From: Balanoglossus misakiensis
Taxonomy: Eukaryota > Animalia > Hemichordata
Reading direction: 5' to 3'
NCBI GenBank assembly: GCA_040954595.2
Contig: CM082576.2
Span: 4,872,760 to 4,936,759 of the forward strand
Length of the DNA: 64,000 bases
Part shown: piece by piece, positions 1-13,092 of the stretch
Layout: every line of letters begins with the position of its first letter
Position numbering within the stretch: the first letter of the stretch is position 1
Translations under genes and position numbers: made by a program
The notes under the pieces: model-generated
What the model was told of the DNA's origin: nothing
Databases searched by the model: none
Seen by the model: only the letters and a program-made list of their open reading frames with translations

Positions 1-226
1 GTGGCCGTGTCCTGATTTCCCTTGGTGACCAAGACATTGATTTGTCTCCAGCCTTCACCATATTCCTTTCAACCAGAGACCCTACAGTAAGTTATTGTTC
101 TCAGCACCTCTGGTAAAAAAGAGAGATGGGTGTCCTGATGAGAGATGTGTTTTTTCAAAAGAAAAGCTAGAAAGATGTTGACTTTTCACAGTACATGCCT
201 CATGCAATTTTCTTCTTCCATAATGA

Positions 227-364
<138 letters not shown>

Positions 365-579
365 TGAATTGTCATTGTGTTCACACCCTGTGTTATTGGG
401 ACCTACATGTATGACTCCATGATGGTGCAGACACAAGATGCACGTGCTTCGCGATTGCAATTTTCATAGTCTACTTTTGAAATCATCTTACGACTTCACT
501 GTTGTTGTATATTGAATTTATGCACTCTACCAGCAGGGGAAAGCTTCATTTATTAAACTCAAGCTCTTTTTACGTGCAG

Positions 580-3500
580 GTATTGAAAGCAGAAAGACCA
601 GACGTGGATGAGAAACGTTCTGACCTGCTGAAACTGCAAGGTGAATTCCATCTGCGTCTGCGTCAGCTTGAAAAGTCTTTACTGCAAGCGTTGAATGATG
701 CCAAGGGTAGAATCTTGGATGATGACAGAATCATTACCACGCTGGAAACATTGAAACAGGAAGCAGCTGAAGTGACCAGGAAGGTGGAAGAAACCGACGT
801 GATCATGGCAGAAGTAGAGGCTGTGTCGCAACAATACATGCCACTCTCACAGTCTTGTAGTAGCATCTATTTCACATTGGAAGCTGTACACTTGGTGAGT
901 TGGTGTCATTTTGTGTTTGTTAGCTTGTATCTAATGAAAATATTCACAATCATACTAAACATTCATGTTTTATTTCCAGATTCATTTCCTGTACCAGTAT
1001 TCCCTGCAGTTTTTCCTGGATATATTCCACGCTGTACTCTACGAGAATTCCCACCTCAAGGGTGTGACTGACTACTCTGCCAGGTTGTCCATCATCACGA
1101 AGGACCTCTTCCAGGTAAACTCGGATGTCCACTATTTCAGGCTGAAGTTTTTTCTTCTCTCACAATGATAGTGTGATCAAAATGAAAGTGTGGAGTAGCA
1201 CTGGTTTGAGCTACCACCACTTCAGGAACAGTGATTGGACTTTGTGCTTTAAAGGGTGGTATTTTAACACTGTAAAATTTTTTTCTCCAGATGGCATACA
1301 ACAGAGTTGCCCGTGGAATGCTGCACAAGGACAGAATCACTTTCAGTATTCTCATGTGTAAGATCTATCTCAAAGGTGTCTCTAGGTGAGTTTGAGTAGC
1401 AACTGTGACTGATGGTGGGTGTGTGTGTGTGTGTCTGTCTGTCTGTCTCAGTGTCTGTCTGTGTTCCTGTCCCGGTGTGTGTTGCTGTGTGTATGGGCGA
1501 AGGTGTTTATGGTTTGTGTTGTACTAAGAATGTTCGATATAGGAATGGCACTGGGAATCCTATTTTGAATATTCCATAATCATAGTTGAAACATGACTCA
1601 TGGATTTTATTTTGATTTTTTAGTGAACCTGATTATGAACCAGAGTTCCAGCACTTGTTGCGTGGTAGTGAGAAACAACTGGACAGCAAACATTTGCCGA
1701 CGTACAAAGGATTATCCAAAGACCAAGTGGCATCCATGATGAGACTCACTAAGCTAAAACCATTCAAAGGATTGCCAGATTTTGTCGCTTCGGACAACGT
1801 AAGTGTCATTCTCTGAGGGGGTGGGGGAGGGGGTCATATTCCTTAGAGAATGGAACGAGTCACTTATCCACATTGCAGCACATCTCTGAAAGAGTTGCAC
1901 CATCTGTGGTATATAACCCATCTCTCTAACACAGTCACACATCCATAGCACAGCACATATGTGTATTAAACAGTCACATGTCCACACAAAGCACATCTAT
2001 ATGCATTTTGAGATGAATATCGCAAATCCGTAGCCAGTACACACATTCCAAAGAGTGGCAAAGCAGTGTGACAGGCACCGATACAATAAATGTTTATGAC
2101 ACACTTCAAACACCTTTCAAATAAATAAGTTCAGAAAACCTGTCACAGTGACATACATGTATGTCTGCATGAGTCTTATATCTGTGACGTACAGCTAATT
2201 GAAATGACCTTTACAAGTCACAGCAGTACAAATGGCCACACATCCACAATACCTCCTTCACGCCAAATCTCTCTTTTGGTGCACTGTGAATCACAAAGCT
2301 TTTTGCATGGAGAACATTCTGGAGTTTGAGACATCTATTTGATTGTCTGGATTCATCTCTTTTGACTTTACATCATGCTCTGATATCTACTGTAGAGGAC
2401 AAATAATTGCTTGACCACTGCGAGGAACTGTTATCCTCATTCATTTGATTGTGTCTGTACCCATTGATTCAGCATCAGAATCTCTGTGATATTCTGCGAT
2501 CTCGTTGCACTAGATTATTCTCATCAACCTTGTTAATTATGTTTTATGTTTATATTGCATTGCTGTTAACAATAATCTGCTTTGCGTTCTCACCATGCAG
2601 TGCTTCTACTTTTATTTTGCTTCATTAGTGCATACTAACTCGCATTGCTTATGTATTTATTTTCTTTTTTCTGTGTGCATTTGTTGCTGTTTTATTTCAT
2701 TTCTGCATTTGATGATAGCCTGATCTTGAGTTTGGTGTTGTGTCTCATCGGGTTAGTACAATGAACGTATTCCTACCTACAGTTTCAATCCTTTGAATGA
2801 CATCTCTACAATGTTGCTGACATGATCCCTGTGTATCGAGTGTTCGCCACAAGGTTCCAACCTTAAATCCAACCAGGGTCGTTTATTTTTGTCACTGGTT
2901 ACTTATCCTTGAAATTATTCTTTGAAAACTGAACTTACTGCTGGAACTGACGCACTTGACTACATTACAGATGTTTTAGATGATTGATAAATATTCATCC
3001 AGATATATTTATTATAAGCAGTAGTACAGCACTAGTATTGTACCCCTTTGAACCCTGGCTAGGAAGGAACTTCTGATGATATCATAGGTCACCCAGGGGT
3101 CAGTGTGCAAAGGGTTAAGAATCATCTTGTCATGTGCCTCAGTTCTGTGCAGTAATTCAGGAATTCTGGCATGCTCTTCTTTTCTTCTCCATACTTGTAC
3201 AGCGTAAAGTAAATTAATGGTGTTGGGATTTTAAATTGGCATGATATTCCAAAGCTCTCTGTGAATACTCACAGAATTTGCTGAACAAGACTTATTATAT
3301 GGATACTTTCCGCCATTTATCAATATCTTCCAAACCTGCCCTCCCCTAATGTCTCACATTTGACTAATTTTGTAAGATCCCCCTTCCTCAATCCATGGTA
3401 ACATGGGTAAGGTTAAATTTATAAAGTACACCCCAAAGGCAGCCATATCGCTTATCTTCAGCATACAGCATGCAAATTGCATATTGGAATATTCCAATTA

Positions 3501-6500
3501 AATACATACCCCAAAACCTAAACTAATTGTTAACTTTGGACAAAGTGGACATTTTGTATATGTATACAGGAAATTTCAGATATAGCATGTCAAAGTTGTT
3601 GATTTTTTAACCAATTTGTTGCTGTAAAGCATTTTACCCAGTACCCTTTTCTACAAGGGCATACATCTTATATCAGTGGGATTTTGGGATTCCAGTTTCG
3701 CTCTATCTTCTTGCCCTGGTGGGACTTTGGGATTTGGTGGACTTTTTCTAAGGTTCAAAATATAAAAGCATGCCATTAACTTGATCTGTTCACCATCTCA
3801 AAGTCACTGTTGTAACCCTCTGCCAATTTGACCTTCTTTTGACAGCAATTTTTCAACTGGTTGGTCGAAGTCTCCCCAGAACATGACGTACCACACTGCT
3901 GGAAAGAAGCCAAGCCATTCAGTAAGTGTTCTGCACAAAAAAGAATGGTTTATTAATTTGCTGAAGTATTTTTCAAGTTCTGTCTAATAGCAAAGGTGAC
4001 TTGACCAGGACTTGACTGCCCCAGACATGAAAATCTTTTTATCTCCCCAAAATTTCAAGCAACTGACTTCATTTCCATGGTTTGTTCTCCAGCTGGTGTT
4101 GGACAGTCTCTACACCGTCTTCTAGTCGTCCAGGCGTTCCGACCAGATCGCCTCATTGCGGCCACTCACATATTTGTGGCGTCCATCTTGGGTGAACACT
4201 TCATGGTGTCAGCAGAGACAGAATTGGACGTAGCAACTGTAGTGGAGAATGAGGTCAAGCCCAGCACTCCCATTCTGATGTGTTCCGTCATCGGTTACGA
4301 CGCCAGTGGACGTGTCGATGATCTGGCTGCAGAGCAGGGAAAACAGATTACTTCTATTGCTATCGGTAAAAAGACAATATTTGTGGCAACCTTTATTTTT
4401 GAAGGACAGTCTCGCTCAAATTCAAGATCACAACATCTGATGTGCTGTCAATTATTGTAAATGTGTCGAGAGAAAATCGTGCTGGATATTTGCTGGCTGA
4501 AAAAAAAGACTTATTTTTCAAAATGTTGGCATGAAGATGTCCATTTGCTTAGTAATCAGAATTTTACTTTGTTTTTGTTTTGTAGGTTCTGCTGAAGGAT
4601 TCAGTTTAGCCGAGAAGGCCATCAACTCATCATCAAAAGCTGGCAGGTAAGAGGGGGAGTGAGTGAGCTAGCATGTGGGTAGCTGGGTTGGTATGTAGGT
4701 CGATGGGTGAGCTTGCTCTTCAAACTGTAAGGGAAACCGCAGTGATATATACAGATGAGAAATGAAAGCAAATTACATGTTATGCATTTTGAAATGTACA
4801 GTATGTCAAGTTCCAATATTTGTGGCTTCTGCATTATAGATGGGTGATGTTGAAGAATGTTCACTTAGCACCTCAGTGGTTGGTTCAGTTGGAGAAGAAA
4901 CTCCACACTCTGACCCCTCATCCAAGTTTCCGACTTTTCCTCACCATGGAAATCAACCCAAAGGTAAGATTCCAAAATTTATGTGTGTTTTTTTTTTGCA
5001 TTTATTCTACCATTACACATTCGTGTAATTGATTCAAGAAAAATAAAACCCATGGGTTTCAGGATACAATTTACCAAGACGTTCTTATCCCTCATGTCAA
5101 TTACTGCTGTGTGGTTTCCCCCCTCAGATTCCAGTCAATCTTCTCCGTGCCGGAAGAACTTTTGTGTTCGAACCGCCACCTGGAGTGAAAGCCAATCTCA
5201 TGAGAACATTTGCGTCAGTGCCAGCTGCAAGAATGTGCAAGGTATGCCATCAACAGATTTGAATCGTCTGAATTTGTTGACTGTGTGCATAAAACCTACA
5301 GATGCCATCCATCTCTACAAATATACTTGGCATCATCTAATATTCCTTGCCTTTGTCTCAACAGGCTCCCAATGAGCGTGCCCGTTTGTACTTCTTGCTG
5401 GCCTGGTTCCACGCCATCATACAAGAACGCCTGCGCTACGCTCCTTTGGGATGGTCCAAGAAATATGAATTCAACGAATCTGACTTGAGATGTGCGTGTG
5501 ACACCCTGGATGTGTGGATTGAGACTGTGGCAAAGGTAAAAAAAATACATAATCTGGATGAGCAGATGCAGAAAATTTGATTTAAATCCCCTAAGCAATT
5601 ACTGACTATATGTTGAAACGTTCACATGAACTTAGCATACATACCAGCTTCCATTGTCATTGTCACAGTATCACCAGTCTTGTTCTGTCTATTGACAAGC
5701 TTTGAAAGTTAAATGAATCTACTGGACACGCACACTGTCGTGTTCTAAGTTTGTATGACTTTAGGTTTCATCATGATCACAGTTTGAACCCCACTGACTC
5801 TGTATGACCTATGACCTTTGCAGGGTCGCAGTAACCTACCCCCAGACAAGGTGCCATGGGACGCCTTCCGCACTCTGTTGTCGCAGTGCATCTATGGAGG
5901 TCGCATCGACAATGACTTTGATCAGAGGCTGCTGACAACATTCATCAAAAATCTCTTCACGGAGAAGAGTTACGAAAGTGACTTTGCTTTGGTGGAAAAT
6001 GTGGATGGGGTCAAGGGCAAGAATATCTCGATGCCTGATGGTATCAGGTCAGTGTTACGGTCACTCTGATGTCTTGTTAAGCCTTGGGTGTTGTATCCCC
6101 TGACCAGTGTTGTTAAAATGACTCAGTGGGTAGTCTATGTGGGTGTAACAACTTCTAACTTGCTTTTTGAAAAGATTTTCACTAGATGACAAGTTGATAT
6201 AATAAGTGTTTTAATTTTTGCTTTGCTAACAGACGTGAGCAGTTCTTACAGTGGGTGGAGAAACTACCAGATCAACAGACTCCATCCTGGTTAGGTTTAC
6301 CAAACAATGCGGAGAAAGTACTTCTGACCAACCTAGGTAAGCAGTTGTACTTGTTTAGAAGGAGACTGTGGAATGGATACAGATGTCAAAGTTCAACACT
6401 AAAAGCTATGCAAGTTTAGTAATCTGCATCTACAGATCATAATGTGATTGTCTCATTGTCTTCCCACCCCCAAAAATATAGGCAGTGAAATGATAACCAA

Positions 6501-8668
6501 CCTTCTCAAGATGCAGTTGTTGGAAGATGATGATGAACTAGCTTACACCACATCTCCCACCTCTGAAGAGGAACCCACTAGTCCGACAGCGGATGGCAGA
6601 CCAGCATGGATGAGAACTTTGCATGAATCTGCTCAGACATGGCTGTCAATCATTCCCAAGGTAGGTATTGAACAAGGACAATGTTGTCATTGAGGTAAAC
6701 CCCAGTTTTAAGAGTAGCTGACCTCATGTAATTAGACCAGGTTTATCCACTACAGGCATGTAGCCATTCACCAGTGCTTTAGCAGTGAATTAACTTCAGA
6801 AGGTAGTGGCTGTTCAGACATGTGTTAGAACTTCTATTTTGCTGCTCTTCATTTCCAGTCCCTGACAACATTGAAGAGATCTGCGGACAACATCAAGGAT
6901 CCACTTTTCCGATACTTTGAGAGAGAGGTAAGTGTGAACTGGTTGTTTATTAATAAAAATAATGATCAGTATATGATCAGTGCTTAAACCCATTGTTTTC
7001 CTTAGCGGTGTGTTTGAACTTTGTATAACCATGGACATTTGGTGGAAAGGGCAAAAGTTGTCCACAACATTGATTTGTCAGTCCTAAGTTTCTAAGGCAA
7101 CCGAGTGAGTGACTTTACTTGTTTGTTACCTGTCACTATCTAGGTCAATCTGGGAGCCAAGCTGTTAGAAGGCGTACGTCATGATTTGCAGGAAGTATTG
7201 TTGGTGTGCGAGACAAAGAAGAAACAAACTAACTACCACCGAGCTTTGCTGGCTGATTTAGCTAAAGGTTTGTTGTCAGATTGTTTTAATTTTCCCATTC
7301 AACTTCACCATTTCCTATGTTGACTTTCCTGACTCGTTCAAGCAGCGTTTTATCATATGTGTTCATATCATTCAACCGCACTCATCTTCCCTCCCCAAAC
7401 AGGTATTTTGCCAAGATCTTGGAACAGATACACCGTACCATCGGGCATCACAGTCATCCAGTGGATTTCTGATTTCAGTGCCCGTATCAAGCAGTTGCAG
7501 AAGATGTCCACAGCCACCGTGACTGGAGGTGCCAAAGAACTCAAGGTATAAAAAACAGTAATTGGTCTTCTTTGGGTAATAGAGAGATGGTCTATACTGC
7601 CTTCAAGTGGTGTTATCTGCAATTTAGCTTGTACACACACACACACACACTGTTCAACTAACAATGTAGCTATGGACACCTTTCATTTATTGATCCATGT
7701 CTTGTTGCATTTTATAGGGCCAGTACGTATGGATGGGTGGTCTGTTCAAACCTGATGCATTTGTGACAGCGACACGGCAGTATGTAGCACAGGCCAACAA
7801 CTGGTCTTTGGAAGAGCTCACTATGGAGGTAGGCAAAGTCACCCATTATTCAGAATTATAAATGTTTAAATAAAAGTGTTGGATTTTTTTTCTTAATGGT
7901 TGAGTTGCTCTTCACAGACAATTCTAAAATGACAAATTTTTGTACCGATTTCAGGTTACAATATCTGATGGTGGTCCAGGGGTAAAGCTGGATGATTGCA
8001 GTTTCTGTATCACTGGTAAGTGAAGTACGATGAGGTTTTATGTGATGTATGCTGTGACAGTACATGAACTTGACAGTAGAAGTACAGGTACATAGGCTGT
8101 AAAACACACAACTCTATGTGTGTATAGCATATAATTTCCATTTAATGCAATCAATATGAGATGTAACCAGTTATCAAGAGTGTGTGGCTTCTGCAATGGC
8201 ATTGATTCCTTTTAGTTCAAAGGTCACAATAGAGAGGACAATCTCAAATTATGCTGTGTTTTTCTGACACCGCAGGTCTGAGACTGCAAGGGGCGTCCTG
8301 CTCTGGCAACAAACTGAGTCTGTCCAACATCATCTCCACTGAATTGGCAGAGACAAGCTTCCGCTGGATCAGGTAAGTGGAACTTGTCACATGCATGTTG
8401 TGTTTATGTTGTTGTATTTATAGCTAAACATTGCCTAACTTGAAGGTTTTGCGAGACAAACATTTGACGTGATATTTTTTTTCTTCGCATTTTCAGGGTT
8501 GGAAGTGACACTACTCTAACTGATGGCAGGATTAACCTCCCCGTGTATCTGAACCACACCAGAGCTGATCTTCTGTTCACCGTCAACATGACACCAGCCA
8601 AAGACGTCAAGGCCAATACTTTCTACGAGCGTGGAGTTGCCCTTCTCTGCTCTGGTGCCTTCCAGTAA
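580..8668 (+). CDS. DYNC1H1: Cytoplasmic dynein 1 heavy chain, 3' part (5' part lies outside the window); 20 exons visible
   Basis: Exons approx. 580-894, 980-1114, 1291-1385, 1624-1798, 3846-3921, 4093-4365, 4586-4646, 4840-4963, 5128-5241, 5365-5535, 5824-6047, 6233-6336, 6482-6660, 6859-6927, 7144-7267, 7403-7545, 7718-7828, 7955-8015, 8276-8372, 8498-8668 (TAA). Peptides [73 protein letters not shown] and FYERGVA match the AAA5-AAA6/C-terminal region of cytoplasmic dynein HC1. Confidence 0.97.
1419..1462. repeat. (GT)n/(CTGT)n microsatellite in a dynein intron
   Basis: gtgtgtgtgtgtgtgtctgtctgtctgtct... read directly. Confidence 0.85.
2719..2751 (+). other. Candidate 33-nt alternative cassette exon of dynein heavy chain ([11 protein letters not shown])
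   Basis: TACTAAC branch point at 2633-2639, AG-free pyrimidine/UGC-rich tract at 2640-2716, AG at 2717-2718, donor GTTAGT at 2752. Phase 0/0 with no stop. Confidence 0.5.
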
Positions 8669-10089
8669 ACTGAGAAATCTCTCTCAAATTAATCCCAGAT
8701 CCCAGAACGTTTCAGTAGTTCAGAACTATTGTTTCAAATCTCATCAAAAATCTAAAATCACTGGCTGATAGTAATTTTTGATGTGAAACACATTGCGTAG
8801 TTCAAGATTACCAATTTCAAATTTGTTTATCACAGTTTGAATCAAAAGCAAAATGTCCAATGAATTAATAAAAGCTAAGATGTCATAATTCATAAACGTA
8901 CCCCAGCACAAATAGATGTGATAATGTCAGAAATTCCAATATATATCGTGAGTTGATAGTGTAGTTTTAAACTCTTTTCATTTGAAAAATATGTCTTTAA
9001 AAATAAGCTATTAATTTTCTCAGTGTCAAATCCTGAAACAAATATACTTTTTCTTGTAGTTCTCTATAATAGGAACCTGAATGGGGAAAGCCAGGGTGTT
9101 GCTGCTTGAGGTGATGAACAATCCTGACTGTGACGTACAACTTAATGTACCCTATTGCCGTGACAACTGGTGTCATAACAACCCCTGTAGTAGAGTTGCC
9201 GTTCAATCTTTATTCTCTATAGCCTTTAGGATCGATACCGTATATTGTGTTTGTGTGTGAAGAAACAACCTATTCACTCGTCAACTAAACATTTCTTCCT
9301 TTATTATGGATCACACATAATAATGACATGCTTATAGAGATAACACACGTATGTCTGTCAAGTTTCATACTTTATTTTGGTTTGGTTTAGATTACAGTAT
9401 TCATACAATTTTATTAGCATGTCGTCAGCAGTGGTAAAATCAACTTGATCTAAAGACGTGAAAGGAATCATGATAATTTTTAGGCCAAGGAATGTGTACC
9501 TTCCATTCCAATTACTAAGTATCAGCATTCGTATTATGATTAATTCTATGTATAGCCTTTAGTAATTTCAGTGCATGAATCTTGGTAGTAGGCATTGGTG
9601 AAATAAACTCTTTATCCTCAGAACGATTGAGGTGTGGATTTCAATTCTCGTAAACCAGTAAAGATTTACCCTCGTCTTACTCCTCAGTACACAATGTGTA
9701 TTAACTCGCATCATTCAACAAGATATTGGCACATCCTTCAGTCGTCGTTTTATGAAAAAAAAAAACAGGTTATTTACTATAGAGAACTTGTTACCTTGGG
9801 ATGCTACTTTGTTTTCTGAACACATTTCCACACCATCATGTTCATCGTTAGATCTACCAGGTATATAAATGTATATATACATTGGGCTTAAGTGTTCACC
9901 TGCAGTTGTTGTGCGACAAAACCTGAATTTCTGGTATTGCAAAAAAGTATGGACTATCCAGTGATTCCACTACAATAATCAACACCACTCTAGAGTACTG
10001 GCTAGTAATACATGGTCAATTAGAAATGTATGGACCATTCGTTTTGTAAGCCTGTCTAAGAAAAAAGCATGAACTACAGATTAGTGAAT

Positions 10090-13000
10090 TCAGTATTTTC
10101 CACTGAAATACAGGAACCCCATTCGAGTGTAGAGTTGTCCCTCCTCGAAGTCTTGGCTGAAGATCTCACAAAGTCTCGGCAGCACGCCGGCGGCTTCGAA
10201 ATTGTAACTTCGACATTCCTGGGTCAACAAACAGAGGTGTGCACACTGAAAGACTGTGTCGACCTGAAAACTGGCCAGCAGAGATGATGGATCTATAGCG
10301 GCCTGGTTGTCACCACCTATGCCATGAAATAGTGCGGAAGATACTGTGGATCCTCGTAGAATGTTGGATGATGTTGCAGTTAATTCAGTTGTTGGTTCTG
10401 TCACTGACATGTTTGGTAGGGATGTTGTGATGCTTGTTGCTGACAGGGTTGTAGGTGCTGTTGTTGTTGACATGGTTGTAGGTGCTGTTGTTGTTGACAA
10501 GGTTGTAGGTAATGTTGTTGTTGACATGGTTGTAGGTGCTGTTGTTGTTGACAAGGTTGTAGGTGCTGTTGTTGTTGACATGGTTGTAGGTGCTGTTGTT
10601 GTTGACATGGTTGTAGGTGCTGTTGTTGTTGACATGGTTGTAGGTGCTGTTGTTGTTGACATGGTTGTAGGTGCTGTTGTTGTTGACATGGTTGTAGGTG
10701 CTGTTGTTGTTGACATGGTTGTAGGTGCTGTTGTTGTTGACATGGTTGTAGGTGCTGTTGTTGTTGACATGGTTGTAGGTGCTGTTGTTGTTGACATGGT
10801 TGTAGGTGCTGTTGTTGTTGACATGGTTGTAGGTGCTGTTGTTGTTGACATGGTTGTAGGTGCTGTTGTTGTTGACATGGTTGTAGGTGCTGTTGTTGTT
10901 GACAAGGTTGTAGGTGCTATTGTTGTTGACATGGTTGTAGGTGCTGTTGTTGTTGACATGGTTGTAGGTGCTGTTGTTGTTGACATGGTTGTAGGTGCTG
11001 TTGTTGTTGACATGGTTGTAGGTGCTGTTGTTGTTGACATGGTTGTAGGTGCTGTTGTTGTTGACATGGTTGTAGGTGCCATTGTTGTTGACAAGGTTGT
11101 AGGTGCCATTGTTGTTGACATGGTTGTAGGTGCTGTTGTTGTTGACAAGGTTGTAGGTAATGTTGTTGTTGACAAGGTTGTAGGTGCTGTTGTTGTAGGC
11201 ATGGTTGTGGGAGCAGGCGTGTTGCAGTTAACATCGAGTTCAGGATCAAGGCCTGTTTGAAAACATAGAAAACAACCCAGTATCGGCAGTAGACTTCAGT
11301 TATCAGTATGGTAGTAAAAAAAGATCTGTATGCGTTGGGGAATGTAAACATTATTGACCTTTAAGAAACGTCTTCACTATAAGAATTCCATGGCAACAGT
11401 GAACATACCTCAAATGTCAAGATGGACGAGTTATCCCTGCACTTGCAACAGACACACGGACATAAATAATCTCCCTTACCTCTAGTTACATAGTAGGCTC
11501 GAAATCCCATTAAATTGAGGAGCTGGTCCGTTATAAAGTCGACATACATATAATTGCTAGAACTGATTGAGTCCTGTGGGAGCGTTGAACCTGTCAATTC
11601 GCCTAGCAATGGGGATGTTTTGTCCGGGCCGTCGTAGACAAAGACTTTGTCGTATCCCTCTTCGCAGTCAAACTGGCAGAATGTTAGCTGGATTGTCTGT
11701 GAGTTTGGATAATGACAACAAAATATAGTGCAAAACCAGTAAAATGTTGCTATGGATCTGTCCATCACACCCGTCGTCTGGTACGTAATTTACGTCCATA
11801 GGGATAACATTGCGGGCACTGTGATAAAAGAACTCATAAAGAACTCATATCACTGCGAAATTTGTGACGTTAACCTACCAGTCCGGTGGCAACGCTTATT
11901 TGCCAGTTACAGGTACTCCAGCTACTGTAATCCTCGGGGAAATTCATACTGTTGATGAAACCAAACAAGCCGGTTTGATAGCGAGATGAACCACATCCCG
12001 ACGCCGATCCTATGAAATGACAGAAATGACATATGAAGATGAGCCTATTGGCAAACATATATGCCTATAATTAGGCTTATGTGCTTAGGCCCTATAGGTC
12101 AACATACCAAAAGTTGGAAACAAAACTTGGTCGAAATCTTAAATTTGATATGTCTCATATGATAATGTCATTGGATTTTCATAAGTAAATACCCTTATGC
12201 CATATTAAACGCCTGTAAATCAAATTGCAGAGCTGGTACCGTATAGATACCTCGAATTATGAAAGAAGCTTCAAATCCTTTTTTGGCCACCAGCTGATCC
12301 GAGTTGAATGTAACAAATAATTTGTTGTCGGTGCTGAACACATTGCCTGGCACAGCTGAGGTACCCTTGTACATTCCTACTTTGGTTGCAGTGTCGTCTT
12401 CTCCATCAAATACATCCACCCCGTCACAACATGCCTCGGTTGCAAAACTATTGAATGTTAGAAACACTTCCTGTGAGAAAATCAGGGGAAAAAGTAATGG
12501 ACGTGTCAGCTTTCTGCGCTTGTGGGTCAGTCAATTTGCTCATACGTATAATAGGTAAGAATCAGGATAAGAATGATGATGAAAATTCAAGAATAATGTT
12601 AGGTCTATACCTCTCCGACAGGAACTGTCAGCAGCCACTCACAGGACAAGCGGTTGGCGTAATTGTTTGGGTAGTTCTTACTCGAGAAGATGCCATTACC
12701 TATCAGGTTTCTGGGATTGCCGCAACCAGAATCAACGACCTGAGAACCAACTATCAGAAGAGAAAAAAGTACAACTAGATATTAGAGTGGAATCTAGTGT
12801 GGTATAGACGTTACGACACTTGCAAGGAAAGGAGTTAAACAATATCACGATTTCAAAATCCGTGACGTTTCACGTCGACCGTATAAATCAAAGGAAGAAT
12901 ATTGAAATGCGATTAGATTTCAATTAAATGTGTTGGTGGATTATGTGCGTATGGCCAAAATAGACACAAAAATGGTTCGAAAATATGAAAATAATGACAT

Positions 13001-13092
13001 AATAATGACGTAATATAGTATTTCTTACCGAGAACAACTGACAGCAGAAAGGAAAGTGTGAAGACTGCCGTTGGTAATTTTCCCATAGTCAT
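10090..13092 (-). CDS. Secreted CUB-CUB-mucin(PTS)-PAN/Apple protein, paralog 1 (~644 aa)
   Basis: Exons 13092-13029 (signal-like MTMGKLPTAVFTLSFLLSVVL), 12750-12611, 12470-12251, 12009-11879, 11696-11480, 11252-10090, with consistent phases. Two CUB domains (SKNYPNNY..CEW, FATEACCDGVDVFDG; SMNFPEDY..CNWQI, EEGYDKVFVYDG..GFRAYY), a Thr-rich repeat, and a C-terminal CAHLC..ECRSYNF..LCEI PAN/Apple-like module. No TM segment. Confidence 0.85.
10448..11203 (-). repeat. 27-bp coding minisatellite, 28 copies, encoding (TTTAPTTMS)n mucin domain
   Basis: Unit gttgtaggtgctgttgttgttgacatg; 756 bp = 28 x 27. A few variant units (L/M, I/M/T, A/L) lie mostly towards the ends. Confidence 0.97.

Noticed and set aside
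10448-11203. Regular repeat array superficially like a CRISPR array
   Set aside because: Head-to-tail units without unique spacers, inside a eukaryotic exon, with no cas genes.
10346-11260. 304-aa Val-rich plus-strand ORF (VVGAVVVDM)n
   Set aside because: Antisense shadow of the 27-bp mucin repeat, which lacks stops. The minus-strand Thr frame splices correctly into the CUB gene.
10917-11351. Gln/Cys-rich ORF (QQQQHLQPC)n
   Set aside because: Alternative frame of the same repeat. It is broken by a variant unit and is out of phase with the upstream exon.
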